From assembly GCA_041577015.1 (NCBI GenBank), contig JBFGJV010000002.1, positions 1 to 42,448 of the forward strand: 42,448 bases of DNA, written 5' to 3'. The notes below the pieces were generated by a model. It saw nothing but the letters and a program-made list of their open reading frames with translations, had not been told where the DNA came from and did not search any database. The DNA is from Myxococcota bacterium. GTDB lineage: Bacteria > Myxococcota_A > UBA9160 > PR03. Position numbers and translations under genes: made by a program. Numbering within the stretch: position 1 is the stretch's first letter; each line of letters opens with the position of its first letter. Shown piece after piece: positions 8,633 through 18,074 of this stretch.

Positions 8633-10911
8633 TCGGTGGATCCCTGCTCCACACGGGCGTCGAGCAGTCGCACCGGGATGGGCGCCGCCGTGTCGAAGTG
8701 CACGTCGCGCTGCGGGAAGGCGATCGTGATGTCGTTCTGGCGGAAGATGTCGTCGATCCGGTAGCGCACGTCGCTCTCCACCCGTCTGCGGTCGCCCGGA
8801 CTCCGCACGCGCAGCCAGAAGTAGGCGCCGAACACGAGCGAGCTGTCGCCGAAATCCATGAAGAACACCTCAGGAGCCGGGTTCTTCAGAATGTACTCGT
8901 GATTCCTGATCACCTCGAGCATCAAGCGCTGCACGTCGACCGTCGGCGAGCCGTAGGCCACGCCCACGTTCACCTGCGTCCGGATCACGTCGTCCGAGAG
9001 CGTCCAGTTGACGACGTTCTGCTCCAGGAACTGGCTATTGGGGACGATGATGTGGATGTTGTCGAAGCGACGCACCCGCGTGCTGCGCGGTCCGATGTGC
9101 TCGATGCGACCCTGCAGGCCCTGGATCTCCACGATGTCGCCCACCTTGATCGGCCGCTCGGCCATCAGGATGAGCCCGCTGATGAAGTTGTTCATGATGT
9201 TCTGGCTGCCGAAGCCGATGCCGATGGCCAGCGCGCCGCCCAGGACCGTGAAGGCGGTGAGCGGGATGTTCACGGTCCGGAGCGCGAACAGGAAGAAGAA
9301 CAGCAGGAACAGGTAGAAGGTCAGCGACTGGAAGGCGGCCGCGGCACCCTGCTCGATGGCGAAGCGTCGCATCAAGAGGCGGCCGAGCGCACGCGAGAAG
9401 AGCCGTGCGAACACGACCCCGAGCACGAAGAGCAGGACCGCCGTCGCGATCTTGCCCACCGTGATGGGTCGGTCCTCCGCTGCGAAGAGCTCCTGGTCCC
9501 AGACCCTGGCGACGCTCTCGCGCAGGTCGCTCAGACGCTCCTTCAGGCTGGCCTGGCCGGTACGGGTGCGGAGGGCGTCGAGCGTGCGCCGCGCCGAAGA
9601 CTCGCGTTCGGTGAGGCTGGCCAGGTCCTGCTCGTAGAGCTGGACCAGCGTGGCGAGGGCCTCGGCCTGCTCGCCCAGCCAGCGGGTCGAGGCGGGCGGG
9701 GCCCCCGTCAGGCTCTCCCGGGCCGCGCCGAGATCGTTGCGAAGCTCCGCCAGGCGCGCTTCGGCCAGGCGTCGCTGGCGGTCCATCTCGGCGAGCTCGC
9801 GTTCGGTCTCCAGCTTCCAGTCGCGCAGGTCGGCGCGGCGGGCCGTGCCCGAGAGCGCGGCGTAGCGGCGCTCCACCAGCGCGCGAAGCGAGTCGAGGCG
9901 ATCGATCTGCTCGGTGAGCAGCGCCACCCGGCGCTGGGCGGCGGCCCGATCCAGGCGGCGCGCCTCGAGCTCCGCCAAGAGCGCCGCATCGGGCGTCGCG
10001 CTCGACTCCACCCGCTGTTGGACGGTGTCGAGCCGCCGCTCGGCAGAGGCGAGCTCCAGCTGGGCCGTATCGAGCTCCCGCTTGAGATCGAACTCGCGCT
10101 TCTCGAGGCGCGCGACGGGCTCCTGGAGCTGCCCGGGGTCGAGGGTGAGGTTGCCCTCGATCCACTCCAGCGTGCGCGCCGCGAACTTCTCGCTCTCCTG
10201 CTGGAGCGCGAGGTCCGCCTCGGCGTTGGCGAGCTGGAGTCGCGCCAGCTCGAGACGGGCCCCGGCCAGGCGGCTGTCCAGCTCCGCAAGGCGCAGCGCG
10301 CGCGCTCGCTCCGCTGCCTCGGGGCTGCCCTCCGCCTTCTCCAGCGCTTCCTTGGCGAAGCGTCGCGCGGTCTCGCGCTCCTCCAGACGTCGCTCGGCGG
10401 CGTCCGTGTCCTCGCGGGCCGCCTGCATCGCGGTCTCGATCTTCTTGCGGCGCGCCTCCTGACCGCGCAGCGCGGCGGCCACCGCATCCGCGAGCGCCAG
10501 GGGGTAGGGCGGAGGATCCGAGATGGGACCCGAGGGACCCGCGGCGAGCTTCAGCTCCAGCTCGCTCTCGGCCTCTGCGAGCTGCCGCTGGCGGCGCAGC
10601 GTCTCGAGCTGGCGGGTGTAGACGCGGTCGATGCGCGCCAGCAGATCGAGCTCCGGCCCGACGGCCCCGGCGGCGTGCACGTCGGAGTCGGCCAGGCTCT
10701 CGAGCCGCGCGCGCGCGGCGCCGATCTCCTCGGCGAGCGCCGCGCGCCTGGCCTCGAGCTCCGCCTCGGTGGGCGTCGCGGCCCGCGTGGCCTGCGGGGC
10801 CGGCGTCGGCGACGCTCCCGGCGGCAGGATCTGCCCGGCGGCCGTCGTCCCGAAGAGGATCCCTGCGAGGAGGCTTCCGACCCAGCGCCTGCCGCGGTGC
10901 CGAAGCTTCAT
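8629..10911 (-). CDS. mechanosensitive ion channel family protein (MscS-like core with long N-terminal coiled-coil domain, MscK/YbiO-like)
   Basis: Signal peptide (MKLRHRGRRWVGSLLAGILFGTTAAG). About 400 aa of Ala/Arg/Glu/Leu-rich coiled coil. TM block. MscS core GFGSQNIMNNFISGLILMAERPIKVGDIVEI...RIEHIGPRSTRVR. Confidence 0.88.
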   Translation of the reverse strand: MKLRHRGRRWVGSLLAGILFGTTAAGQILPPGASPTPAPQATRAATPTEAELEARRAALAEEIGAARARLESLADSDVHAAGAVGPELDLLARIDRVYTRQLETLRRQRQLAEAESELELKLAAGPSGPISDPPPYPLALADAVAAALRGQEARRKKIETAMQAAREDTDAAERRLEERETARRFAKEALEKAEGSPEAAERARALRLAELDSRLAGARLELARLQLANAEADLALQQESEKFAARTLEWIEGNLTLDPGQLQEPVARLEKREFDLKRELDTAQLELASAERRLDTVQQRVESSATPDAALLAELEARRLDRAAAQRRVALLTEQIDRLDSLRALVERRYAALSGTARRADLRDWKLETERELAEMDRQRRLAEARLAELRNDLGAARESLTGAPPASTRWLGEQAEALATLVQLYEQDLASLTERESSARRTLDALRTRTGQASLKERLSDLRESVARVWDQELFAAEDRPITVGKIATAVLLFVLGVVFARLFSRALGRLLMRRFAIEQGAAAAFQSLTFYLFLLFFFLFALRTVNIPLTAFTVLGGALAIGIGFGSQNIMNNFISGLILMAERPIKVGDIVEIQGLQGRIEHIGPRSTRVRRFDNIHIIVPNSQFLEQNVVNWTLSDDVIRTQVNVGVAYGSPTVDVQRLMLEVIRNHEYILKNPAPEVFFMDFGDSSLVFGAYFWLRVRSPGDRRRVESDVRYRIDDIFRQNDITIAFPQRDVHFDTAAPIPVRLLDARVEQGSTE

Positions 10912-11032
10912 GCGCGCCCCGCCCCCCGATGGCCGGCGACCGCCGGCTGGTTCGGATTAGCACGCGGCGCTCGGGCACGCCCGGGTCGCAGGCGCTTGCG
11001 TCCGCGTACGGCTGCCCCAACCTTGGCGTTCC

Positions 11033-13111
11033 GTGGCGCCCGACACCCGCTTCCCCGCCTGCCTGCTCCTCGCGCTGCTAGCGTGTGCGGCGCCGGCCGT
11101 GGAGGAGGGGCCCGCCGCACCCGTCCAGCGCGACGTGCGCATCCTGCGCGACGTCTGGGGCGTCCCCCACGTGTTCGGTCGGACGGACGCGGACGTGGCC
11201 TTCGGCCTGGCGTGGGCGCACGCCGAGGACGACTTCGAGACCATCCAGCTCTCGCTGCTGGCGGCACGAGGCCAGCTGGCTCGGCACGTGGGACGTCGCG
11301 GCGCGGCGAACGACTATCTGGTGGCGCTGCTCCGGGTGCAGGAGACGGTGCAGGAGCGCTACCAGCGCGACCTCTCGCCCGAGACCCGCGCGCTCGTGGA
11401 AGCCTATGCCGACGGGCTCGATGCCTGGGCGCGCCGCCACCCGGAGCGCGTGGCGCCGGATCTGCTCCCGTTCACCGGCCAGGACGTCGTAGCCGGCTTC
11501 GTGCACAAGCTTCCGCTCTTCTTTCGGCTCGATCGTGTGCTCCGCGAGATTCTGGGCGCACCGGAGGAGACGCTCGAGGACGTGATGGGACGCGCCTCCG
11601 GCTCCAATGCCTTCGCGCTCTCGCCTCGCAGGTCGGCCGACGGGCGCACACGCCTGGCCGTCAACTCGCACCAGCCCTGGCAGGGACCGGTGGCCTGGTA
11701 CGAGGTGCATCTGCGCAGCGAGCAGGGCTGGGACATGGTGGGGGGGACCTTCCCCGGTGCGCCGGTCGTGCTGCACGGACACAACCGACGGCTGGGCTGG
11801 GCGTCCACGGTGAACCGCCCGGATCTGGTGGACGTCTACCGGCTCGAGATCCACCCGAAGGACCCCAATCGCTACCGCTTCGACGGGGCGTGGCGGGAGC
11901 TGGAGCGACGACGCGTGGGCATCCGCGTCAAGCTGCTGGGACCGCTGCACTGGACCTTCCAGCGCGAGGTGCTGCGCTCGGTCCACGGTCCGGTCCTGCG
12001 CACCGAGCGGGGCACCTTCGCGATCCGCTGGGCGGGGATGGGCGACGTGCGCACGATCGAGCAGTGGTACCGGCTCAACCGGGCGCACGACTTCGAGGCC
12101 TGGCGCGCGGCCATGCGCCTCGCGGCCATGCCGATGTTCAACTTCGTGTATGCGGACGAGAAGGGTCACGTGGCCTACGTGTACAACGGTCTGCTCCCGC
12201 GCCGGGCTCCGGGCCACGACTGGTCCGGCGTCGTGCGCGGAGACACGTCGGAGACGCTCTGGACCGACTACCTCCCCTGGGACGAGCTCCCCCGGGTGGA
12301 GAACCCAGCGTCGGGCTTCGTGCAGAACTGCAACAGCGATCCGTTCCGCACCACGCTGGGGCCCGGGAACCCCTCGCCCGAGGCCTATCCCGCCTCGCTC
12401 GGCATCGAGCGGCGCATGACGAATCGGGCCCTGCGCGCCCTGGAGCTTTTCGGTGCGGACGACTCGATCACCCGGGAGGAGTTCCTGGCCTACAAGTACG
12501 ACATGGCCTACTCGAAGCGCTCCCAGATGGCGCGCTGGGTGGAGGAGCTGCTGGCGGCCGAGCTCCCGGACGAGCCGGCGGTGCGCGAGGCGCGCGAGGT
12601 CCTGCGGGCCTGGGACCTGGGCACCGAGCCGGGCAACCGCGGCGCCGCGATCGGCGTGGGGAGCCTGGGTCTGGGCGTGCTGGCCTGGAACCTGGAGCTG
12701 CCCGTTCCGGATCCCCGGGCGCGCTTCCTCGCGGAGGCGCGTCGCCTGTACCGCCGCTTCGGTCGCATCGACGTGCCCTGGGCGCACGTCAACCGGCTGG
12801 TCCGCGGGCGCATGGACGTCGGGCTCGGGGGAGGGCCGGACGTGCTGCACGCCGTCTACGGCCGGCCCGAGGGCGGGCGCTGGATCGGCTGGGCGGGCGA
12901 CTCCTACGTGCTGGTGGCCGAGTGGGGCGAGGAGGGCGTGCGCTCCTGGAGCGTGCACAACTACGGGAGCAGCAACGATCCCGCCTCACCGCACTACGCC
13001 GACCAGGCCCCGCTCTTCGCAGCCCGCCAGCTCAAGCCCGTCTGGATGGACGAGGCGGAGATCCGGCGCCATCTGGAGCGCGAGGTTCGTCTTGGCGGAC
13101 CGGCCAGGTAG
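11033..13111 (+). CDS. penicillin acylase / acyl-homoserine-lactone acylase family Ntn-hydrolase (S45)
   Basis: GTG start. Lipoprotein-like signal (LLLALLAC). VRILRDVWGVPHVFG. Putative autoproteolytic nucleophile in GRASG-SNAFAL (Ser191). Family-typical C-terminus (HNYGSSNDPASPHYADQ). Confidence 0.85.
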   Translation: MAPDTRFPACLLLALLACAAPAVEEGPAAPVQRDVRILRDVWGVPHVFGRTDADVAFGLAWAHAEDDFETIQLSLLAARGQLARHVGRRGAANDYLVALLRVQETVQERYQRDLSPETRALVEAYADGLDAWARRHPERVAPDLLPFTGQDVVAGFVHKLPLFFRLDRVLREILGAPEETLEDVMGRASGSNAFALSPRRSADGRTRLAVNSHQPWQGPVAWYEVHLRSEQGWDMVGGTFPGAPVVLHGHNRRLGWASTVNRPDLVDVYRLEIHPKDPNRYRFDGAWRELERRRVGIRVKLLGPLHWTFQREVLRSVHGPVLRTERGTFAIRWAGMGDVRTIEQWYRLNRAHDFEAWRAAMRLAAMPMFNFVYADEKGHVAYVYNGLLPRRAPGHDWSGVVRGDTSETLWTDYLPWDELPRVENPASGFVQNCNSDPFRTTLGPGNPSPEAYPASLGIERRMTNRALRALELFGADDSITREEFLAYKYDMAYSKRSQMARWVEELLAAELPDEPAVREAREVLRAWDLGTEPGNRGAAIGVGSLGLGVLAWNLELPVPDPRARFLAEARRLYRRFGRIDVPWAHVNRLVRGRMDVGLGGGPDVLHAVYGRPEGGRWIGWAGDSYVLVAEWGEEGVRSWSVHNYGSSNDPASPHYADQAPLFAARQLKPVWMDEAEIRRHLEREVRLGGPAR

Positions 13112-13116
13112 CGGCG

Positions 13117-13869
13117 GTGGAGGTCGGGCTCTTCGTCCCCTGCTACGTGGACCAGCTGGCGCCGGCCGTCGCGCTGGCCGCCACGACCGTCCTGGAGCGC
13201 GCCGGCTGCCGCGTCGTCTACGAGCGCGACCAGACCTGCTGCGGTCAGCCCTTCCTGAATCTGGGCCGTGTCCGGGAGGCCGCGCGCCTGGCTCGCGCGC
13301 ATCTGGCGCGCTTCGCGCGCTTCGAGGCGGTGGTGTGCCCGTCGGCGAGCTGCGTCGCGACCGTGCGCCGCCACTACGGCGAGCTCGAGGGCGTGGACGA
13401 CGCGGGCGGCGTCCGGGAGCGCACCTTCGAGCTGGGGGAGTTCCTGGTGCGGCGCCTCGCGCGCGTGGAGTTCGGCGCGCGCTTCCCGCACCGCGTGGCC
13501 CTGCTGGCCAGCTGCCACGGTCTGCGCGAGCTGGGCCTGGGCACCCCGAGCGAGCACGCCGGCGCCACGGCGGCGGAGCCCGGTCCGACGGAGCGGCTCT
13601 TGCGTGCGGTCGAGGGGCTCGAGCTGGTGACGCCGTCGCGCCCCGACGAGTGCTGCGGCTTCGGGGGCGCCTTCGCCGTGGTGTTCCCGGAGCTCTCGGG
13701 TCGCATGGGGCGCGATCGGCTGCGCGACTACGAAGGGGCCGGTGCCGCCTACGTGGTGGCGACGGACGTCAGCTGTCTCATGCACCTGGACGGGCTCCGC
13801 CGCCGACTCGGGCAGGGTCCGCGGCCGATCCACCTGGCCGAGATCCTGGCCAGCGCGGCGCCGTCTTGA
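13117..13869 (+). CDS. lutA: L-lactate utilisation protein LutA, (Fe-S)-binding CCG-domain oxidoreductase subunit
   Basis: C-terminal 250 aa of the artefactual 1748-aa ORF 8623..13869, with in-frame GTG at 13117. VGLFVPCYVDQ, and two CCG motifs (CCGQPF, CCGFGG). Confidence 0.88.
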   Translation: MEVGLFVPCYVDQLAPAVALAATTVLERAGCRVVYERDQTCCGQPFLNLGRVREAARLARAHLARFARFEAVVCPSASCVATVRRHYGELEGVDDAGGVRERTFELGEFLVRRLARVEFGARFPHRVALLASCHGLRELGLGTPSEHAGATAAEPGPTERLLRAVEGLELVTPSRPDECCGFGGAFAVVFPELSGRMGRDRLRDYEGAGAAYVVATDVSCLMHLDGLRRRLGQGPRPIHLAEILASAAPS

Positions 13870-15233
13870 CCTTGCCGCTCGACCAGCGCGCGCGGCTCGG
13901 GCTGCCCGACGCCGAGGCCGTGGCCCGGCACGACGCCGCGGTCTTCGACCTGCGGCGCCGGCGCGACGAGGCGGTGGCGGGGCTGCCCGAGTTCGAGGCC
14001 CTGCGCGCCCGGGCCACCGCGATCAAGCGGCACGTGCTGGACCACCTGGACCGGCTGCTGGAGACGTTCGAGAGCCAGGCCCGGGCCGCCGGCGTGGTCG
14101 TCCACTGGGCGGAGGACGCGGCCGGCCTGAACGGCGTGGTGGAGGGCCTGCTGCGCGAGCGCGGGGTGCGATGCGTGGTCAAGAGCAAGTCCATGCTCAC
14201 CGAGGAGTGCGGCCTCAACGCCCACCTGGAGGCTCGCGGTGTCGAGGTCGTGGACACCGACCTGGGCGAGCGCATCGTGCAGCTGCGGCGCGAGCCGCCC
14301 TCGCACATCGTGGTCCCGGCCGTGCACCGGCGCCGGGAAGAGATCGGCCGGCTCTTCCATCGTCACCTGGGCTCGCCGGCAGGGGAGTCCGATCCGGCGC
14401 GCCTCACCGAGCACGCGCGGCGCAGTCTCAGACCCCGCTTCCTGGCGGCGCAGGCCGGCATCACCGGCGTGAACTTCGGCGTGGCGGAGACGGGAACCCT
14501 GGTGATCTGCACCAACGAGGGCAACGCCGACCTGGGTACCAGCCTTCCGCCCCTGCACGTGGCCTGCATGGGGATCGAGAAGCTCGTGCCCGGCCTGGAC
14601 GACCTGGCCGTGCTGCTGCGCCTGCTGGCGCGGAGCGCCACGGGACAGCCGATCACGGCGTACACGACGCTCCTCACCGGGCCGCGGTCGGGAGGCGAGC
14701 TCCACCTGGTGCTGGTGGACAACGGGCGCTCGGCGCTGCTGGGGAGCCCACGCCATCGGGAGGCCCTGGCCTGCATCCGCTGCGGCGCGTGCCTCAACAC
14801 CTGCCCGGTCTACCGGCGCGCCGGAGGCCACGCCTACGGCACCTCGGTGCCCGGCCCGATCGGCGCGGTTCTGGCGCCCGCCCTGGTGGGGGACGCGTCG
14901 GCGCGGGCGCTTCCCTTCGCCTCCTCCCTGTGCGGAAGCTGCAGCGCCGTGTGTCCGGTCGGGATCGACCTGCACGGCCAGCTGCTGGCCTGGCGCCGGG
15001 AGTCGCCCGCGCTTCCGCGCCGCCTGCGCTGGACGGCCCTGGCGGCGGGCGCGCTGATGGCGCGTCCGCGCCTGTATCGCCTGGCGGGACGGCTCGCGCG
15101 CTGGACGTGGCCGCTGCTCTCGCGTCGCTGGCCGGGCAACCCCGCCGCCGCCTGGCTCCGCGACCGCGAGCTGCCGCCGCATCCCGGGGCGAGCTTCCGT
15201 GCGCGCTGGACGCGTCGTGGGTCGGCCCCGTGA
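13866..15233 (+). CDS. lutB: L-lactate utilisation protein LutB, 4Fe-4S ferredoxin-type subunit
   Basis: Real part of ORF 12453..15233. TTG at 13866 overlaps the lutA stop (TTGA). LUD domain (GITGVNFGVAETGTLV) plus two cluster motifs, CIRCGACLNTCP and CGSCSAVCP. Confidence 0.88.
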   Translation: MTLPLDQRARLGLPDAEAVARHDAAVFDLRRRRDEAVAGLPEFEALRARATAIKRHVLDHLDRLLETFESQARAAGVVVHWAEDAAGLNGVVEGLLRERGVRCVVKSKSMLTEECGLNAHLEARGVEVVDTDLGERIVQLRREPPSHIVVPAVHRRREEIGRLFHRHLGSPAGESDPARLTEHARRSLRPRFLAAQAGITGVNFGVAETGTLVICTNEGNADLGTSLPPLHVACMGIEKLVPGLDDLAVLLRLLARSATGQPITAYTTLLTGPRSGGELHLVLVDNGRSALLGSPRHREALACIRCGACLNTCPVYRRAGGHAYGTSVPGPIGAVLAPALVGDASARALPFASSLCGSCSAVCPVGIDLHGQLLAWRRESPALPRRLRWTALAAGALMARPRLYRLAGRLARWTWPLLSRRWPGNPAAAWLRDRELPPHPGASFRARWTRRGSAP

Positions 15234-15853
15234 GCGGGGCCCGCGAGCGCATCCTCGCCCGCGTGCGTCACGGGGCTTCCCGCCGCGCCGTTCCTCCCAA
15301 CCCCCCTGCGTCCTCCCCGACCGTGGCCGCGTCCTTTGCGGACTTCGCCGACGCCCTGGCGGCGGTGGGCGGCACGGCGCACGGACCGCTTCCCCTCTCC
15401 ACCCTGCCCGGTCTGGTGGAGGGGGCGCTTCCCGTCGCGGCCCGGAGCGGGCGCCGCGTGGTGGAGGCCACCGCCGCGGCCTGGCTCCCCACGGGCGGGT
15501 GGGAGGTGCTCGATTCGAACGTCGATCCCTGCTCGCTCGCAGACGTCCGCGTCGCCGCCGTACGCGGGACGCTGGGCGTGGCGGAGAACGGCGCCGTGGC
15601 CGTGCTGGGTCGCGACGCACCGAACCGCGCCGTGCTGTTCCTGGCCGAGCACCTGGTGCTGCTCCTCGAGGCCGGAAGCCTCGCGACCGACCTCGAGGCC
15701 GCGTTCCGAAGCCTCCCGCCCGACGCGCTGCACGCGCACCACCTCACCTGGATCAGCGGTCCCTCGAAGACCGCGGACATCGAGCAGGTGCTGGTGATGG
15801 GCGCCCACGGTCCCCGCACCCTCCAGGTGATCGGGGTGGAGACGGAGGGCTAG
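15230..15853 (+). CDS. lutC: L-lactate utilisation protein LutC (LUD domain)
   Basis: Real part of ORF 13742..15853. GTG at 15230 overlaps the lutB stop (GTGA). GVAENGAVAV and ISGPSKTADIEQ are typical of LutC/YkgG. Its position after lutA-lutB also fits. Confidence 0.82.
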   Translation: MSGARERILARVRHGASRRAVPPNPPASSPTVAASFADFADALAAVGGTAHGPLPLSTLPGLVEGALPVAARSGRRVVEATAAAWLPTGGWEVLDSNVDPCSLADVRVAAVRGTLGVAENGAVAVLGRDAPNRAVLFLAEHLVLLLEAGSLATDLEAAFRSLPPDALHAHHLTWISGPSKTADIEQVLVMGAHGPRTLQVIGVETEG

Positions 15854-17205
15854 AACTCGGCGGAGCCGGGCACGCGCGGGAAGGGGACCACGTCGCGGAT
15901 GTTCGCCATCCCGGTCACGAACTGGATCAGTCGCTCGAAGCCGAGACCGAAGCCCGAGTGGGGCGCGGAGCCGTGGCGTCGCAGCTCCAGGTACCACCAG
16001 TAGTCCTCGGCTCGGAGCCCGCAATGGGCCATGCGACGCGCCAGTCGCTCGGCTCGATGCTCCCGCTGCGAGCCTCCCACCAGCTCGCCCACCCGCGGCA
16101 CCAGGACGTCCATGGCGCGCACGGTGCGCTCGTCGTCGTTCCAGTACATGTAGAAGGGCTTGATGGATGCCGGCCAGTCGCTGACCACCACCGGCCGCTT
16201 CAGGTGCTCCTCGGTCAGGAAGCGCTCGTGCTCGCTCTGGAGGTCCGTGCCCCACGCCACCGGAAACTCGAAGGATCGGTTGGAGCGCTCCAGGATCGCG
16301 ATCGCCTCGTCGTAGGTGAGGCGCTCGAAGGGTCCCTCGACCACGCCCTGGAGGGTGTCGAGCAGGCCCGGCTCGATGCGCGCGTCGAAGAAGCGCAGGT
16401 CGTCCTCGCACTCCTCGAGGATCCGGCGACACACGGAGCGGAGCATGCGGCACGCCAGATCCACGTTGCCCTCCAGCTCCAGGAACGCCGCCTCCGGCTC
16501 CACCATCCAGAACTCCGCCAGGTGCCGGCTGGTGTTCGAGTTCTCGGCGCGGAAGGTGGGGCCGAAGGTGTAGACGCGCGTCAGCGCCAGCGCGCCGATC
16601 TCGGCCTGGAGCTGACCCGACACCGTCAGATAGGCCGGCCGACCGAAGAAGTCCTCGTCGCCCTCCGTCTCCACTCGAAACAGCTCGCCGGCCCCTTCGC
16701 AGTCGGAGGCGGTGATCACCGGCGCGTGGAGCTCCACGAAGCCCTGCTCGTGCAGGAAGCCGCGCACCGCCCGGGCGGCGGCGTCGCGCACGCGCATCAC
16801 GGCGCCAAGCGTGTTCGTGCGCATGCGCAGGTGTCCGATCGTGCGCAGGAACTCGAAGGAGTGACGCTTCTTCTGGAGCGGGTAGTCGTCGCCCACCTCG
16901 CCCACCACGCGCACCTCCCGGGCGTGGATCTCGAAGCGCTGTCCTCGTCCGGGCGACTCCGCCAGCTCGCCGCGTACCTCGAGCGCGCAGCCCGCGCGCA
17001 GCCGGCGCACCTGGTCCTCGTAGTCCGGGAGCGACGGATCCATCACCGTCTGGATCCCCGCCACGCCCGAGCCGTCCGTGACCTCCACGAACGAGCACGC
17101 CTTGGCGTGACGCGCGGTCTTGACCCAGCCGCGCACGGCGACGACGCCCCCGGGCGTCTCGCGCTCCAGCAGGTCCCGCACCCGTTGCCAGGCCGGCTCG
17201 CTCAA
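15850..17205 (-). CDS. asnS: asparagine--tRNA ligase
   Basis: Collinear with E. coli AsnRS: VRGWV OB fold, FRAENSNTSRHLAEFWM, SQREHR, HSGFGLGFERL, and it ends ...FPRVPGSAEF. TTG at 17205 overlaps the PP2C stop (TTGA). GTG at 17181 is an alternative start. Confidence 0.95.
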   Translation of the reverse strand: MSEPAWQRVRDLLERETPGGVVAVRGWVKTARHAKACSFVEVTDGSGVAGIQTVMDPSLPDYEDQVRRLRAGCALEVRGELAESPGRGQRFEIHAREVRVVGEVGDDYPLQKKRHSFEFLRTIGHLRMRTNTLGAVMRVRDAAARAVRGFLHEQGFVELHAPVITASDCEGAGELFRVETEGDEDFFGRPAYLTVSGQLQAEIGALALTRVYTFGPTFRAENSNTSRHLAEFWMVEPEAAFLELEGNVDLACRMLRSVCRRILEECEDDLRFFDARIEPGLLDTLQGVVEGPFERLTYDEAIAILERSNRSFEFPVAWGTDLQSEHERFLTEEHLKRPVVVSDWPASIKPFYMYWNDDERTVRAMDVLVPRVGELVGGSQREHRAERLARRMAHCGLRAEDYWWYLELRRHGSAPHSGFGLGFERLIQFVTGMANIRDVVPFPRVPGSAEF

Positions 17206-18074
17206 GTGGAGCCTCGGCCGCCCCGGCGCGTGGCCGCGCGGCGGAACAGCACGAAGGTGAGATCGTCCGGCTTGGAGGGCACGCCCTCTTGCGGCTCCTC
17301 CATCCGACGCAGGCTCTCCCGGGCCAGCTCCGCCGCGGCCAGGGCGAGCGGTCCACGTCGGACCCGATCCACGATCTCCACCACGTGCAGGTTGTCCGTG
17401 AGACCGTCGCTCGCCAGTAGCACGCTGTCGCGTGCGGCCAGCGGGATGGGCGAGCCCACCTCGATCCGCATGTCCGGAGAGCCCACCAGGTTCGAGATCA
17501 GGTGCCGGTGCTCGTGGTGCATGGCCTCGTGCTCGTCGAGCAGGCCGGACTCGAGTGCGTAGCCGACCGGCGAGTGGGAGACCGTCTGGAGCTTGACGCG
17601 ACCGCGCTGACCCACCACCAGCAGGAGCGAGTCGCCCGCGTGATAGGCCCGCAGCCGGGCGCCCTGGATCTCGGCCACCACCAGCGTGGTCGCGGAGCCG
17701 GTGCCGCGCTCCAGGATCTCGTGGTTGGCGGCCTCGATGCCGTCCAGGATCGCGGGCCGGAGGTCCTCGTCGCCGCGCCGCACGGCGGCCTGCACCGCCT
17801 CGCCCAGCTGACGCAGCGCCAGGCCCGACGCCTCCTCGCCGGCGGGCTGACCGCCGAGGCCGTCGGCCACGGCCAGCACGCCGCGGTCGGGTCCGCACGG
17901 GATCAACGCCGCGGCGTCCTCGTTGGCGCTGTTCTTGCCGGGACCGCGGGCGGAGAAGACGGTCGCCTCGCCTCCGGCCACCCGGAAGCGCGGAGCGGAG
18001 TCCAGGTGCGCGTCGTTCCACACCAGCGGATCGCCCAGCGGCTCCGGGGGCGGGCTCGAGCGTCGCCCGCTCAC
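17202..18074 (-). CDS. PP2C-family protein serine/threonine phosphatase
   Basis: Real part of ORF 17202..19532. GTG at 18074 overlaps the aminotransferase stop (GTGA). PP2C motifs NEDAAAL, AVADGLGG, HAGDSLLL, LLASDGLTDN, DDLTFVLF. Confidence 0.85.
   Translation of the reverse strand: MSGRRSSPPPEPLGDPLVWNDAHLDSAPRFRVAGGEATVFSARGPGKNSANEDAAALIPCGPDRGVLAVADGLGGQPAGEEASGLALRQLGEAVQAAVRRGDEDLRPAILDGIEAANHEILERGTGSATTLVVAEIQGARLRAYHAGDSLLLVVGQRGRVKLQTVSHSPVGYALESGLLDEHEAMHHEHRHLISNLVGSPDMRIEVGSPIPLAARDSVLLASDGLTDNLHVVEIVDRVRRGPLALAAAELARESLRRMEEPQEGVPSKPDDLTFVLFRRAATRRGGRGST

Noticed and set aside
10931-10946. GCCGGCG-AC-CGCCGGC inverted repeat in the MscS-like/acylase divergent region. Small GC hairpins at 2950-2985 belong to the same class.
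   Set aside because: Arms of 4-7 bp made only of G/C are expected by chance at this base composition, and there is no supporting context.
8623-13116. Upstream 1498 codons of the 1748-aa plus-strand ORF 8623..13869, antisense to the MscS-like gene and out of frame with the acylase.
   Set aside because: The product is Arg/Ala/Gly/Pro-rich low-complexity with no motifs. It overlaps two genes with strong homology. Only the last 250 codons (lutA) are recognisable. This is the classic open-frame artefact of very GC-rich DNA.
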